DNA of 64,000 nucleotides from Solibacillus sp. GTDB taxonomy: Bacteria; Bacillota; Bacilli; Bacillales_A; Planococcaceae. The stretch's first letter is position 1, and each line of letters begins with the position of its first letter. Location of the stretch: assembly GCF_040273735.1 (NCBI RefSeq), contig NZ_JBELZM010000001.1, positions 56,070 to 120,069 of the forward strand, read 5' to 3'. This document shows positions 28,980 through 39,375 of this stretch, piece by piece. A model generated the notes under the pieces. That model was not told the DNA's origin and did not search any database. It saw only the letters and a program-made list of their open reading frames with translations. The position numbers and the translations under genes are program-made.

Positions 28980-29873
28980 ATGCGAATTGAAATCATTGGT
29001 GCAGGTGCAGTTGGTTTATTAGTAGCAAGCTATTTTGCTGAAAAGAATATGGATGTGTACATTGTCGGGAAACCTGCGGAGAGAACTGTATTTAAGGACA
29101 TCCAGATTGCTAGGACGAACTTGAATCAATCTGTTACGACCGTCAACGTTAAGTATATTTCTGCACTTACCAATAAAGCGAATTTAATCATTGTAGCTGT
29201 AAAATATGGACAACTTCATGAAGTGTATGCAAGTATGGAGCATGTAAACGAATCTATTCCATTATTATTTTTGCAGAATGGTTTAGCACATTATGAGGAA
29301 GTACTTGCATTAAGTAAAGCCCATATTGCATTTAGCTCGATTCAATTCGGGGCTCTTAAACTGTCACAGTATCATGTCGCCCATAAAGGGGAAGGTGTGA
29401 TGAAAGTTGCTGTAGCAAAAGGGGATCACAGCAAGTTTGATTTCCTAAACGAACTTTCATCGTCCGGTCTGCCGATTGTATTTGAAGAGGATGCAGAAAT
29501 GATGCTGATGGAGAAAGCGCTGCTGAATTGTTTTATCAATCCGTTAACCGCGATTTTGCAAGTGAAAAATGGACAGCTAATTACACAGAGCTATACATTG
29601 CAATTATTGAATAATTTATATAACGAACTCATAACGGCATTTCCGCAGTTTAAAGAATCGTTTCGGTTTGAACAAGTTATTGCACTTTGTGAAAGAACAG
29701 CAGGAAATACATCGTCTATGCTGGCGGATCGTCTCGCAAATCGCAGAACCGAAATTGATACTATAGCGGGAGCGATTTTGAAAAAAGCGGAGCAAAATGA
29801 GAAGGAATTACCTGTGTTACAAACACTTTATCATCTAGTGAAAGCATTTGAAGAGAGCGGTGAACAACTGTGA
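28980..29873 (+). CDS. panE: 2-dehydropantoate 2-reductase (YlbQ/PanE)
   Basis: N-terminal IIGAGAVG Rossmann motif and ApbA/PanE length. The ATG at 28980 is preceded by GAGGT. Confidence 0.85.
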   Translation: MRIEIIGAGAVGLLVASYFAEKNMDVYIVGKPAERTVFKDIQIARTNLNQSVTTVNVKYISALTNKANLIIVAVKYGQLHEVYASMEHVNESIPLLFLQNGLAHYEEVLALSKAHIAFSSIQFGALKLSQYHVAHKGEGVMKVAVAKGDHSKFDFLNELSSSGLPIVFEEDAEMMLMEKALLNCFINPLTAILQVKNGQLITQSYTLQLLNNLYNELITAFPQFKESFRFEQVIALCERTAGNTSSMLADRLANRRTEIDTIAGAILKKAEQNEKELPVLQTLYHLVKAFEESGEQL

Positions 29874-30265
29874 TATTATTTTTTCAATATTTGGTGGCAA
29901 CAATTATTGTATGTCCAATTATTGCTTTTATCACTGTGCTGCTCATATGCCGTAAGCTTCGAATAAAAAAACATAAGGCGATTGGCTTGGCGGCGGATAT
30001 TACAACATTTCTTTTGTTTTTTTCAATACCAATTGCGTTACAAGGACTATGGAATATTGGTATATTAATGCCGATGCTAATTGTCGTACTCGTAATTGCG
30101 ATTGTTTTTACATATGTTGATTGGCGAACGAAAAAAGAAATTGAAGTAAAGCCATTACTGAAAAAAGTTTGGCGCTTTTACTTTTTATTGTTCAGCATCA
30201 CTTATTTTATAATTTGGATCGTTGGAATTACCCATTCAGTTATGATGTTTATGATGGCTGATTAG
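29870..30265 (+). CDS. Small 4-TM membrane protein (possibly DUF3397-like)
   Basis: Its GTG overlaps the panE stop, suggesting translational coupling. It is hydrophobic throughout. The family name is from memory only. Confidence 0.6.
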   Translation: MILFFQYLVATIIVCPIIAFITVLLICRKLRIKKHKAIGLAADITTFLLFFSIPIALQGLWNIGILMPMLIVVLVIAIVFTYVDWRTKKEIEVKPLLKKVWRFYFLLFSITYFIIWIVGITHSVMMFMMAD

Positions 30266-30372
30266 GTGGCTAGACTTTTCTTTTCTGTAAACTAGTATCC
30301 GGAGAAAAATAAAGCAACGCAGTAATAAAGGTAATTTCAAAATTGAGTAAAGAGAAGTAGAGGAGAATTTTC

Positions 30373-31989
30373 ATGGAGCTAGAACAAATAAATTCACCAG
30401 TAACGAATAAGCTATTAGCGGACTATTGGTCGGAGAATGGCGATATCCATTCGTTTTTTGAATATAAATATAGTGAGGGAGCTTTTGATCAACGATTCGA
30501 GTATTTGAAAAATCGTACATATCGTTCGAAAGAGCTGGCTCAAATTATACGCAGTTATATGGAGCGGTATGGCATCCCGGAAAAAACGGGGCATCATTTA
30601 GATGAACTTGAGCAAGGTGCTGTAGTTGTAGTAGGTGGTCAGCAAGCTGGTTTGCTGACAGGTCCTCTCTACTCTGTTCATAAAGCGATTACGGTTATTC
30701 TGCTGGCGGAACAACAAAGGAAAGTACTAAATGCACCGGTTGTACCAATGTTTTGGATTGCGGGTGAAGATCACGATATAGAAGAGATCAATCATACGTA
30801 TACAATGACAAATGGCGAAGTGAAAAAACGTGGTTACAGTGAACGTTCTAAGCTGAAGAAAATGGCTTCGACTACAGAATTGAATAAAGAAGCACTACAA
30901 CAGTTTATTTTAAACGTATTTAAAGATTATGGGGAAACAGAACATACAGCAGACTTACTGAATAATGTTTTGAATCATGCAGATAATAGTGAAACATTTA
31001 CTGATTTCTTTACGCTGCTGATGAATGATTTATTTAAAAAGCATGGCTTATTAATGCTGGATGCAACATATCGGCCGTTCAGACAGTATGAAAAAAACTA
31101 TTTTGTCCAATTGATTGAAAAAAACGAATCGATCGCAACAGGTGTTGTAGCGCAGGAAAGAAAGCTTGCCGAGAAAGGCTATGCAATGCCGATCGAAGCT
31201 ACGGAGCAAAATGCGAATTTATTTTACATTAAAGAAGGCGAGCGTTTTCTGCTGGAGCGCAGTGGAGGCCATTTTAAAAATGGGTCAGCCCATGCGAATT
31301 TTTCGAAAGAGGAATTAGTAGCTATTGCGAATGAGTCTCCTGAATTTTTAAGCAATAATGTTGTTACCCGACCATTGATGCAGGAAATGGCACTCCCGGT
31401 ACTAGCTTTTGTCGGCGGTCCCGGTGAACTTGCTTATTGGGCAACTTTAAAGCCTGCATTTGATACACTGCAGCTGCAAATGCCGATATTTGCGCCAAGG
31501 CTCAGCATTACGCTTGTTACCCGTCAAGTTGATGCATTACTGGAACAAAAAGAGCTGTCTGTAACGGATGTGCTGTCAGGTAAGGTCGATGAACACTTAG
31601 CGCAATTTGTGGATAGTGTGAAAGACGAGCAAGTAACGCGCGCGATTGAGCAGATGCAAAAACAGATGGAAGAGCAGTATGAACAACTGACGAGCTATCT
31701 GCAGCATGGTAACTATCATGTGGAAGATTTATTGGAGAAGAATAAAAATTACCATGAGCGTCAATTCCAATATTTACGCTCGAAACTGGAACAGCAAAAT
31801 ATAGAAAAGCATGAAGTTGCAATTCGCCAATACAAAACGATCCAGTCGCTATTATATCCGAATGGTAGTTACCAGGAGCGTTTATACAACCCTTATTTGT
31901 TTCTAAATACCTATGGGGAAAAGCTGATTGATGATTTATTGGAGTTACCTATGAGTATTTCCGTGAAACACCAACTTATTACCTTATAA
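30373..31989 (+). CDS. bshC: Bacillithiol biosynthesis cysteine-adding enzyme BshC (YllA)
   Basis: 538 aa, GGQQAGLLTGPLY motif, located directly upstream of mraZ as in B. subtilis. Confidence 0.9.
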   Translation: MELEQINSPVTNKLLADYWSENGDIHSFFEYKYSEGAFDQRFEYLKNRTYRSKELAQIIRSYMERYGIPEKTGHHLDELEQGAVVVVGGQQAGLLTGPLYSVHKAITVILLAEQQRKVLNAPVVPMFWIAGEDHDIEEINHTYTMTNGEVKKRGYSERSKLKKMASTTELNKEALQQFILNVFKDYGETEHTADLLNNVLNHADNSETFTDFFTLLMNDLFKKHGLLMLDATYRPFRQYEKNYFVQLIEKNESIATGVVAQERKLAEKGYAMPIEATEQNANLFYIKEGERFLLERSGGHFKNGSAHANFSKEELVAIANESPEFLSNNVVTRPLMQEMALPVLAFVGGPGELAYWATLKPAFDTLQLQMPIFAPRLSITLVTRQVDALLEQKELSVTDVLSGKVDEHLAQFVDSVKDEQVTRAIEQMQKQMEEQYEQLTSYLQHGNYHVEDLLEKNKNYHERQFQYLRSKLEQQNIEKHEVAIRQYKTIQSLLYPNGSYQERLYNPYLFLNTYGEKLIDDLLELPMSISVKHQLITL

Positions 31990-31994
31990 ATAAC

Positions 31995-32027
31995 AAGAGT
32001 TATCTCATATGTAGATAACTCTTTTTT
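31995..32027 (+). terminator. Rho-independent terminator after bshC
   Basis: aagagttatct/agataactctt stem followed by T6. Confidence 0.75.
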
Positions 32028-32110
32028 GTGTCTTTTAGCACCGAACGTATGTGTGAGAATATGCTCATTTACGTAATTTCGTTTTATTGTTATGAGAAGC
32101 AAGGAATTTG

Positions 32111-32155
32111 GTGGTAGAAAGTGGGGGGATGTGGTACATTATTTATTAAAGTGGG
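32111..32155 (+). promoter_or_regulatory. Putative MraZ operator: GTGG(G/T) direct repeats on a 10-nt register
   Basis: GTGG starts at 32111, 32121, 32131 and 32151. Two of the sites read AAAGTGGG. Confidence 0.55.
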
Positions 32156-32164
32156 GTGAGTAGC

Positions 32165-32596
32165 ATGTTCATGGGAGAATATCAACATTCTATCGATGCA
32201 AAAGGCCGTATGATTGTCCCTGCAAAGTTTCGAGAATCACTTGGAGAACACTTTGTAATAACTCGCGGGCTAGATCAATGCATTTTTGGATATCCTATGG
32301 ATGAATGGCGAAAACTCGAAGATAAATTAAAGGATTTACCGATGACCAAAAAAGATGCTCGTGCATTTGCGCGATTTTTCTTTTCTGGGGCAACAGAAGT
32401 TGAAGTGGACAAGCAAGGCCGAATTAATATTCCGTCTACACTGATTGGATACGCTAATCTTGAAAAAGAATGCGTGATATTAGGTGTATCGAGTAAAATT
32501 GAAATTTGGGCGAAAGAATCTTGGCAGCAATACTTCGAGCAATCGGCGGAATCATTTGATGAAATCGCAGAAAATCTGATTGGCTTTGATTTTTAA
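32165..32596 (+). CDS. mraZ: Transcriptional regulator MraZ
   Basis: [24 protein letters not shown]... is nearly identical to the remembered B. subtilis N-terminus. Confidence 0.95.
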   Translation: MFMGEYQHSIDAKGRMIVPAKFRESLGEHFVITRGLDQCIFGYPMDEWRKLEDKLKDLPMTKKDARAFARFFFSGATEVEVDKQGRINIPSTLIGYANLEKECVILGVSSKIEIWAKESWQQYFEQSAESFDEIAENLIGFDF

Positions 32597-32721
32597 ATTT
32601 TTTAGTAGTAGTTGGAAAAATTTAAAGCAATGGTCACTATTACAGAACCGACATGAACTCTTAATCCGGGTGTAATAGTACCGACACGTAATTGAATTAA
32701 TATTAAGAGGTGCTTCAAACT

Positions 32722-33672
32722 ATGTTCGATCATACAACCGTATTATTGAGAGAAACTGTTGATGGGTTGAACATCAATCCGGATGGTATTTATGTAGACT
32801 GCACATTAGGTGGTGCAGGTCATAGTGAGTACCTTGTACAACAATTATCAGAAAAAGGCCGTTTAATTTGCTTTGACCAGGATACAACGGCTATTGAAAA
32901 CGCAAAAGTACGATTAGCCGATTATTTAGATCGCGTTATATTCGTACACTCAAATTTCCGCTATTTAAAAGAAGAATTACACAAACTGAACATTCATCAA
33001 ATAGATGGGATTTTATATGATTTAGGTGTTTCATCACCACAACTAGATACACCAGAACGCGGATTTAGTTACCATCATGATGCACCGCTCGATATGCGAA
33101 TGGATCAGACTGCAGAACTGAGCGCATATCATGTTGTGAATGAATGGTCATACGAAAATCTTGTTCGTATTTTCTTCCGTTACGGAGAAGAAAAATTTTC
33201 TAAACAAGTTGCGCGCAAAATTGAACAAGCCCGTGAAATTGCTCCTGTTGAAACAACGGGTCAATTAGTAGAGCTTATAAAAGATGGTATTCCAGCCCCA
33301 GCACGTCGCAAAGGTGGACATCCTGCAAAGCGAATCTTCCAGGCTATTCGAATTGCTGTAAATGATGAATTAGGTGCAGCGGAAGATTCTTTAGTAGATG
33401 CAATCGATTTATTGAAAATTGGTGGTCGTATAAGTGTGATTACATTCCATTCATTAGAAGACCGCTTAACAAAAACACTGTTTAAAGAGGCTTCATCATT
33501 GCCGGATTTACCTCCCGGATTACCGGTTATTCCAGAGCATATGAAACCAGTACTTAAATTAGTGACAAGAAAACCGATTTTACCATCAGACGAGGAGTTA
33601 GCTGCGAATAATCGTTCACGTTCAGCAAAATTGCGCATCGCTGAAAAAATTAACGATAAAGGACGTGGGTAA
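32722..33672 (+). CDS. rsmH: 16S rRNA (cytosine1402-N4)-methyltransferase RsmH (MraW)
   Basis: [16 protein letters not shown]..., [10 protein letters not shown] and [10 protein letters not shown] motifs. Confidence 0.95.
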   Translation: MFDHTTVLLRETVDGLNINPDGIYVDCTLGGAGHSEYLVQQLSEKGRLICFDQDTTAIENAKVRLADYLDRVIFVHSNFRYLKEELHKLNIHQIDGILYDLGVSSPQLDTPERGFSYHHDAPLDMRMDQTAELSAYHVVNEWSYENLVRIFFRYGEEKFSKQVARKIEQAREIAPVETTGQLVELIKDGIPAPARRKGGHPAKRIFQAIRIAVNDELGAAEDSLVDAIDLLKIGGRISVITFHSLEDRLTKTLFKEASSLPDLPPGLPVIPEHMKPVLKLVTRKPILPSDEELAANNRSRSAKLRIAEKINDKGRG

Positions 33673-33675
33673 AAA

Positions 33676-34056
33676 ATGGCAGTAAGAGCAAGGCAAACTT
33701 ATATACAACAGCAGCCAGAACTACCTCAACATCAGCAGCAGGAACAAAGACTGCCGGTTCAGCAGAAAAAACGCAAACCAAAGTATTTTTCGGCACAGGA
33801 AAAGTTTTTGTTCCTAGTATTTGCAATCGTAGTAGCATCTTTCGCTATTTCCATATTACATACTCAAGGAGAAATCCAAACACTCAGTATGGAAATCCAA
33901 AAAATCGAACGCGACATAACTGAAGTCAATAACAATAATACAGATTTAAAAGTACAAGTAAGTGAACGCTCCACTCACCAACGTATTTGGGAAAAAGCGA
34001 AAGAACTCGGATTAACACTAAATGAGAAAAATGTGAAAGTAGTGCCGGGAGAATGA
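33676..34056 (+). CDS. ftsL: Cell division protein FtsL
   Basis: Small bitopic protein (basic/Q-rich N-terminus, one TM segment, coiled coil) lying between rsmH and pbpB. Confidence 0.8.
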   Translation: MAVRARQTYIQQQPELPQHQQQEQRLPVQQKKRKPKYFSAQEKFLFLVFAIVVASFAISILHTQGEIQTLSMEIQKIERDITEVNNNNTDLKVQVSERSTHQRIWEKAKELGLTLNEKNVKVVPGE

Positions 34057-36284
34057 AAAAGAGAAGATTTCGTTACCAGATAGGAGCCTTTCTAATGTTT
34101 ATATTCTTTGGAGGGCTCTTTTTACTATTATATTGGCGTTTTGCATCAATCCAGGCGACAGGGATGGTAAAAGGGCATGAATTGGAAGAAGAAGCATTAT
34201 CAAGGTACGAAACTGGATATGTGTTATCGGCAGACCGTGGGAAGATTCTGGACCGCAATGAAAATGTGATTGCCGAAGATACATTAAGCTACCGTCTTGT
34301 AGCGGTAATTAAAGAATCGGCAACAGAAAACAAAAAAAATCCAAGGCATGTCGTCGATAAAGCTGAAACAGCAAAGTTATTGGCGCAATACATTCCGATG
34401 GATGAAGAAAAAATTTATGAACGGCTAAACCCATCCAAAGATTTATATCAAGTCGAGTTTGGACTGGCAGGGCGCGGCATCAGTCATGAAGTGAAAAAGA
34501 AGATTGAAGAGCTTGATCTGCCTGGCATTCTATTATACAGCGACAAAAAACGCTATTATCCGAACGGTGCCTTTGCCTCTCATCTTATAGGTTTTGCATT
34601 GCGTGAAACCGATGATGACGGGAATTCGTCGGTTGTCGGGAAAATGGGGCTTGAATATATTTATGACAAGCAATTAACGGGAACCGATGGTAAGTTAACC
34701 TACCAGCGAGATGCTCGTAACTATTTATTGCCAAGCAGTGATAAAGTCGTACAGGAAGCACAAGACGGGAACGATATTTATTTGACAATCGATAAAACGA
34801 TCCAAAACTTCCTGGAAGAAGCAATGACGCGTGTCAACGATCAATATAAGCCGCAGTCTATGGTTGCTGTCGTAGCGAATCCAAAAACGGGAGAAATCTT
34901 GGCGATGTCACAACGACCAACTTTCAATCCTGACACGCGTGAAGGATTAGATGGCAACTGGCTAAATGATGTTGTGGAAAATACAATTGAACCGGGTTCC
35001 ACATTTAAAACATTTACGGTTGCAGCCGCAATCGATTCAGGGAATTGGCATCCGAATGCAACGTACCAGTCAGGGCAGTATAAAGTTTATAACGATACAA
35101 TACGGGATCACAATAGATACGGTTGGGGCCCGATTTCCTATTTACAAGGTATTCAACGCTCTTCAAATACGGCGATGACGAACTTGCTTGATATTATGGG
35201 CTGGGAAACGTATGAAAGCTATTTAAAGGAGTTTGGTTTCGGTCAAAAAACAGGCATTGATTTACCGAATGAAGCGAGCGGCATTATTAACTCGCGCTAT
35301 CCTTTGGAAAAGTATACGACGACATTCGGTCAAGGTTCGACTGTTACACCGATTCAGTTAATACAAGGGGTAACGGCCGTTGCGAATGACGGGAAAATGA
35401 TGCAGCCATATGTAATCGATAAAATTGTTAATCCGAACACTGGTGAGGTTTTAGTAGATTCAGAGCCTACTATGAAAGGTGAACCGATTTCGGCCGAGAC
35501 AGCGCAGCAAACGCGTGAAGTTCTAGCTTCTACTATATACGGAGAAGTCGGGAATGCGAAACGTTTCCAGATTGACGGCTATAAAGTAGCCGGAAAAACA
35601 GGAACTGCCCAAATGCCAAAAGCAAATGGAATTGGTTATGACTGGGGGAAAAATGAATTCCTTTATTCATTTTTAGGAATGGCTCCAGCGGAAGATCCAC
35701 AGCTGGCTGTATTTATTGCAGTTGCAAAGCCAAAACTAGGTGCAACCGAAATAGGTTCTGACCCAGTTTCACAAGTTTTCAATTCAGTTGTACTGAACAG
35801 TTTGAAGTACATGAATATCAATCCGTCGGACGTAGCAGAAGTGGAGACGACAAAGATTGACGATTATGTAGGCAAGCAGACAGATACTGTCATGACTCAA
35901 CTGGAAGCAGAAGGACTGGTACCAGTAATAATCGGTCAAGACGGAGAAATTACAGAACAGTTCCCTGCAGCAGATGCATCATTAACAAGTGGGAGCATCG
36001 TTTTCTTAAAGACAGATGGAGAAATTACATTACCATCGTTTAGTGATTGGTCACTACGTAATTTACTTGTTTATAAGTCACTATCCAAACTGCCGATTGA
36101 AATTGTCGGGGAAGGTTATGTTGAAAGCCAAAGTGTTTCTCAAGGGACGCCAATAACAGATGATTCACCGATCGTCGTCAAGCTAAAAACCCCTGAGGAG
36201 AAGCATTTGACCCCTCCGGCAGAGGATATGGAGCTGGAAGAAGAGCAAGACGAAGAATTTAGTGAAGAACTTCCACAAGATTAG
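34053..36284 (+). CDS. pbpB: Division-specific class B penicillin-binding protein PBP2B (two C-terminal PASTA-like repeats plus an acidic tail)
   Basis: Transpeptidase motifs STFK (EPGSTFK), SSN and KTGTA, in the position after ftsL. Confidence 0.9.
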   Translation: MKKRRFRYQIGAFLMFIFFGGLFLLLYWRFASIQATGMVKGHELEEEALSRYETGYVLSADRGKILDRNENVIAEDTLSYRLVAVIKESATENKKNPRHVVDKAETAKLLAQYIPMDEEKIYERLNPSKDLYQVEFGLAGRGISHEVKKKIEELDLPGILLYSDKKRYYPNGAFASHLIGFALRETDDDGNSSVVGKMGLEYIYDKQLTGTDGKLTYQRDARNYLLPSSDKVVQEAQDGNDIYLTIDKTIQNFLEEAMTRVNDQYKPQSMVAVVANPKTGEILAMSQRPTFNPDTREGLDGNWLNDVVENTIEPGSTFKTFTVAAAIDSGNWHPNATYQSGQYKVYNDTIRDHNRYGWGPISYLQGIQRSSNTAMTNLLDIMGWETYESYLKEFGFGQKTGIDLPNEASGIINSRYPLEKYTTTFGQGSTVTPIQLIQGVTAVANDGKMMQPYVIDKIVNPNTGEVLVDSEPTMKGEPISAETAQQTREVLASTIYGEVGNAKRFQIDGYKVAGKTGTAQMPKANGIGYDWGKNEFLYSFLGMAPAEDPQLAVFIAVAKPKLGATEIGSDPVSQVFNSVVLNSLKYMNINPSDVAEVETTKIDDYVGKQTDTVMTQLEAEGLVPVIIGQDGEITEQFPAADASLTSGSIVFLKTDGEITLPSFSDWSLRNLLVYKSLSKLPIEIVGEGYVESQSVSQGTPITDDSPIVVKLKTPEEKHLTPPAEDMELEEEQDEEFSEELPQD

Positions 36285-36343
36285 AGAGATTTGAATACAA
36301 ACTTCATCTTTAACATACGTTGTTTTAGGTGAGGTGTCATATT

Positions 36344-38260
36344 ATGAAATGGGTAACTACAAAATCTAAAAAACGTTTAACATGGATCGCCATCGCACTT
36401 GTATTATACGGCGTGGCGATTTTTGTTAAATTAGTATCCGTTCAAATTATTCAGTATGATGAGCTTTCGACAAAGGCAAAAGAAAACTGGGACAGGGAAA
36501 TTCCGTTCCATACACAGCGAGGCGAAATTACTGACCGAAACAATGAAGTAATTGTAACGAATAAACTTGCCCCGACTTTGTACTTCATGCCTTCACAAAA
36601 CGAAGATAAAGAACAAGCAGCAGATGCCATTGCAAATGTGCTCAATAAGGATCGAGCCAAAATATTGAATAGACTGCTGCAAAGAGTATCCCTAGTAAAA
36701 ATTGCTCCAGAAGCTAAAAACATCACTTATGAGCAAGCGGAAAAAATCCAGCAGCTCCAAATTCCGGGTTTATACAGTGGTGTCGATTATGTAAGGTCTT
36801 ATCCGCACGGAAATTTGCTTGCACGCTTTTTAGGGTTTACAGGTGCTGATAACCAAGGTTTGGCAGGAATCGAATACGAATATGATGAATTACTAAAAAG
36901 TTCGGATGCAGCCATTCGGTTATTTACTGATGCAAAAGGGAATGCATTGGAGCATGTAGATGATGAATGGAAAGACGGAAAAGACGGTGCGACAATTCAG
37001 CTGACAATTGATTTAAAACTTCAGAAAATTGTCGAACGAGAATTATCACAGGCAATGCTGGAATATGATGCAGATCAGGCATTGGCCATTGCAATGAATC
37101 CAAATAGTGGTGAAATACTGGCGCTTGCATCATTCCCGACATACGATCCAATGAAATTTTCGGAAGTAGAGCCAAGTATATATAATCGTAACCTTCCTGT
37201 ATTTATGTCTTATGAACCGGGTTCCACATTCAAAATTATTACGCTCAGTGCTGCTATTGAAGAAGGTGTAGTCAACATGGAGGAAGAACATTTTCATGAT
37301 CAAGGCTATACAATGGTCGAGGGGGCACGATTGCGCTGTTGGAAACGAGAAGGACATAAAGACCAGACTTTTTACGAAGTTGTACAAAATTCCTGTAACC
37401 CTGGTTTTGTAGAGCTAGGGCAACGAGTAGGTTCAACTAAGTTGCTTGAGTATATTCACAAATTCGGATTCGGGAAAAAAACGGGCTCTAACATTGCCGG
37501 CGAATCATCAGGTATATTATTTTCAAAAGAAGCATTTGGTCCGGTAGAGCATGCTACGACCTCTTTTGGTCAGGGTGTTTCCGTTACGCCGATTCAGCAG
37601 ATGCAGGCAGTCTCAGCAGCAATTAATGGCGGGACATTATATACGCCATATACGGTTTCGAAAATACTGGACTCCAAAACAAATGAAGTTATTATGGAGC
37701 AAGATCCTGAAGCAAAAGCGCAGGTCATCAGTGAAGAGACATCGGAAAAAGTGCGTCATGCATTGGAGCTTGTAGTTGCAAAAGGTTCTGGTCGCCAGGC
37801 ATTTCGTGACGGTTTACGCATTGGTGGCAAAACAGGGACAGCGCAAAAGGTGGAAAACGGCCGCTATAAGGACGGAGACTATATTGTATCGTTCATCGGT
37901 TTTGCGCCGGCCAATGATCCGGAAATTATCGTGTATGTTGCGATTGATAATCCGAAAAGTTCCTTGCAATTCGGAAGTGTTATCGCTGCACCGATTGTAG
38001 GTCGCATTATTGAAGATGCAGCACCGCTGTACAATATCGAAAAGCAAAAAGATCAAATAGAACGGGATTACGTTTGGGGCGATGAATTGACTGAGCGTAC
38101 ACCAAACTTTATTGGAATGACAAAAGAAGAAGTAATTCCACATTTATATCCTTATAAGATCGAATGGCACGGAGAAGGCGAAAAAGTAATTCAGCAAGTT
38201 CCATCAGCTGATAGTCTTATTATCCAAAGTGGTAGTGTTCATTTATATTTAGGAAATTAA
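36344..38260 (+). CDS. spoVD: Sporulation-specific class B PBP SpoVD
   Basis: STFK, SCN and KTGTA motifs with a single C-terminal PASTA domain, about 638 aa. The ATG at 36344 follows GGTGAGGTG. Confidence 0.85.
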   Translation: MKWVTTKSKKRLTWIAIALVLYGVAIFVKLVSVQIIQYDELSTKAKENWDREIPFHTQRGEITDRNNEVIVTNKLAPTLYFMPSQNEDKEQAADAIANVLNKDRAKILNRLLQRVSLVKIAPEAKNITYEQAEKIQQLQIPGLYSGVDYVRSYPHGNLLARFLGFTGADNQGLAGIEYEYDELLKSSDAAIRLFTDAKGNALEHVDDEWKDGKDGATIQLTIDLKLQKIVERELSQAMLEYDADQALAIAMNPNSGEILALASFPTYDPMKFSEVEPSIYNRNLPVFMSYEPGSTFKIITLSAAIEEGVVNMEEEHFHDQGYTMVEGARLRCWKREGHKDQTFYEVVQNSCNPGFVELGQRVGSTKLLEYIHKFGFGKKTGSNIAGESSGILFSKEAFGPVEHATTSFGQGVSVTPIQQMQAVSAAINGGTLYTPYTVSKILDSKTNEVIMEQDPEAKAQVISEETSEKVRHALELVVAKGSGRQAFRDGLRIGGKTGTAQKVENGRYKDGDYIVSFIGFAPANDPEIIVYVAIDNPKSSLQFGSVIAAPIVGRIIEDAAPLYNIEKQKDQIERDYVWGDELTERTPNFIGMTKEEVIPHLYPYKIEWHGEGEKVIQQVPSADSLIIQSGSVHLYLGN

Positions 38261-38400
38261 ATTGGATTTCCGTCTTTCAAAATGCAACTAAAACAACTAT
38301 TATAGTGAAGGACGTTTTTTCACAATAATAACTAGAGGTCGTAATCGTTGAAAATCAAACGTTCACCATATTCAGACAGAAGTTTTAAAGGAGATATATT

Positions 38401-39375
38401 ATGACATTATCAACAACATTGACCATACTCTTTTCATCATTTTTAGTAACGGTCATTTTAGCACCAGTAGGAATCCCTCTTTTACGCCGATTAAAATTCG
38501 GGCAAAGTATACGTGAAGAAGGCCCTCAATCACATATGAAAAAAGCGGGTACACCTACAATGGGTGGTTTAATTTTCTTGTTAGCCATTATTATTTCGAC
38601 AATTATAGTCGCAATGATTTTCGACTTGTTTACAACACAAACGATTGTATTATTACTTGTTTTAGTTGGATTTGGCGTAATTGGCTTTTTAGATGATGGG
38701 CTAAAAGTTATTTTTAAACGTAATTTAGGACTGACTTCCCTTCAAAAATTAATTGGTCAAATCGCAATTGCGATTGCAGCGTTTTTACTATTACGTTTAG
38801 GTTCATTTGATACATCTGTAGGGATTCCATATACAGATTTATCGATAGATTTAGGAATTCTATATGTAGGGTTTTTAATATTCTGGCTAGTAGGTTTTTC
38901 AAATGCGGTCAATTTAACAGATGGTTTGGATGGACTCGTATCAGGAACGGCTTCAATTGCATTTGCTGCATTCGGTGTCATTGCATTATTTAACGAGCAA
39001 GCCGATATCGCATTATTTGCATTTGCTGTAACTGGTGCATTACTAGGATTTTTGATTTTTAATGCAAATCCGGCGAAAGTGTTTATGGGAGATACAGGTT
39101 CCCTTGCGCTTGGCGGTGCATTGGCAATGATTTCGGTACTGGTAAAACAAGAATTGCTGTTACTATTAATCGGTCTCGTATTTGTTATTGAAACATTATC
39201 CGTTATTTTACAAGTAGGAAGCTATAAACTGCGTAAAAAACGTATTTTCAAAATGAGTCCGATTCACCACCATTTTGAATTATCTGGCTGGTCAGAATGG
39301 AAAGTCGTACTAGTATTTTGGTCAACAGGGTGTATCGTAGCACTTATAGCAGTATTAGCGGAGGCGTTATTATGA
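38401..39375 (+). CDS. mraY: Phospho-N-acetylmuramoyl-pentapeptide transferase
   Basis: Canonical MraY sequence (NAVNLTDGLDGL, MGDTGSLALGG, HHHFE). Confidence 0.97.
   Translation: MTLSTTLTILFSSFLVTVILAPVGIPLLRRLKFGQSIREEGPQSHMKKAGTPTMGGLIFLLAIIISTIIVAMIFDLFTTQTIVLLLVLVGFGVIGFLDDGLKVIFKRNLGLTSLQKLIGQIAIAIAAFLLLRLGSFDTSVGIPYTDLSIDLGILYVGFLIFWLVGFSNAVNLTDGLDGLVSGTASIAFAAFGVIALFNEQADIALFAFAVTGALLGFLIFNANPAKVFMGDTGSLALGGALAMISVLVKQELLLLLIGLVFVIETLSVILQVGSYKLRKKRIFKMSPIHHHFELSGWSEWKVVLVFWSTGCIVALIAVLAEALL

Noticed and set aside
33261-33638. 125-aa ORF on the minus strand
   Set aside because: It is antisense to rsmH and has no start context. It is a shadow ORF.
39297-39371. N-terminal extension of murD in the track
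   Set aside because: It overlaps the mraY 3' end. The canonical MurD N-terminus and a GGAGG Shine-Dalgarno sequence point to the ATG at 39372.
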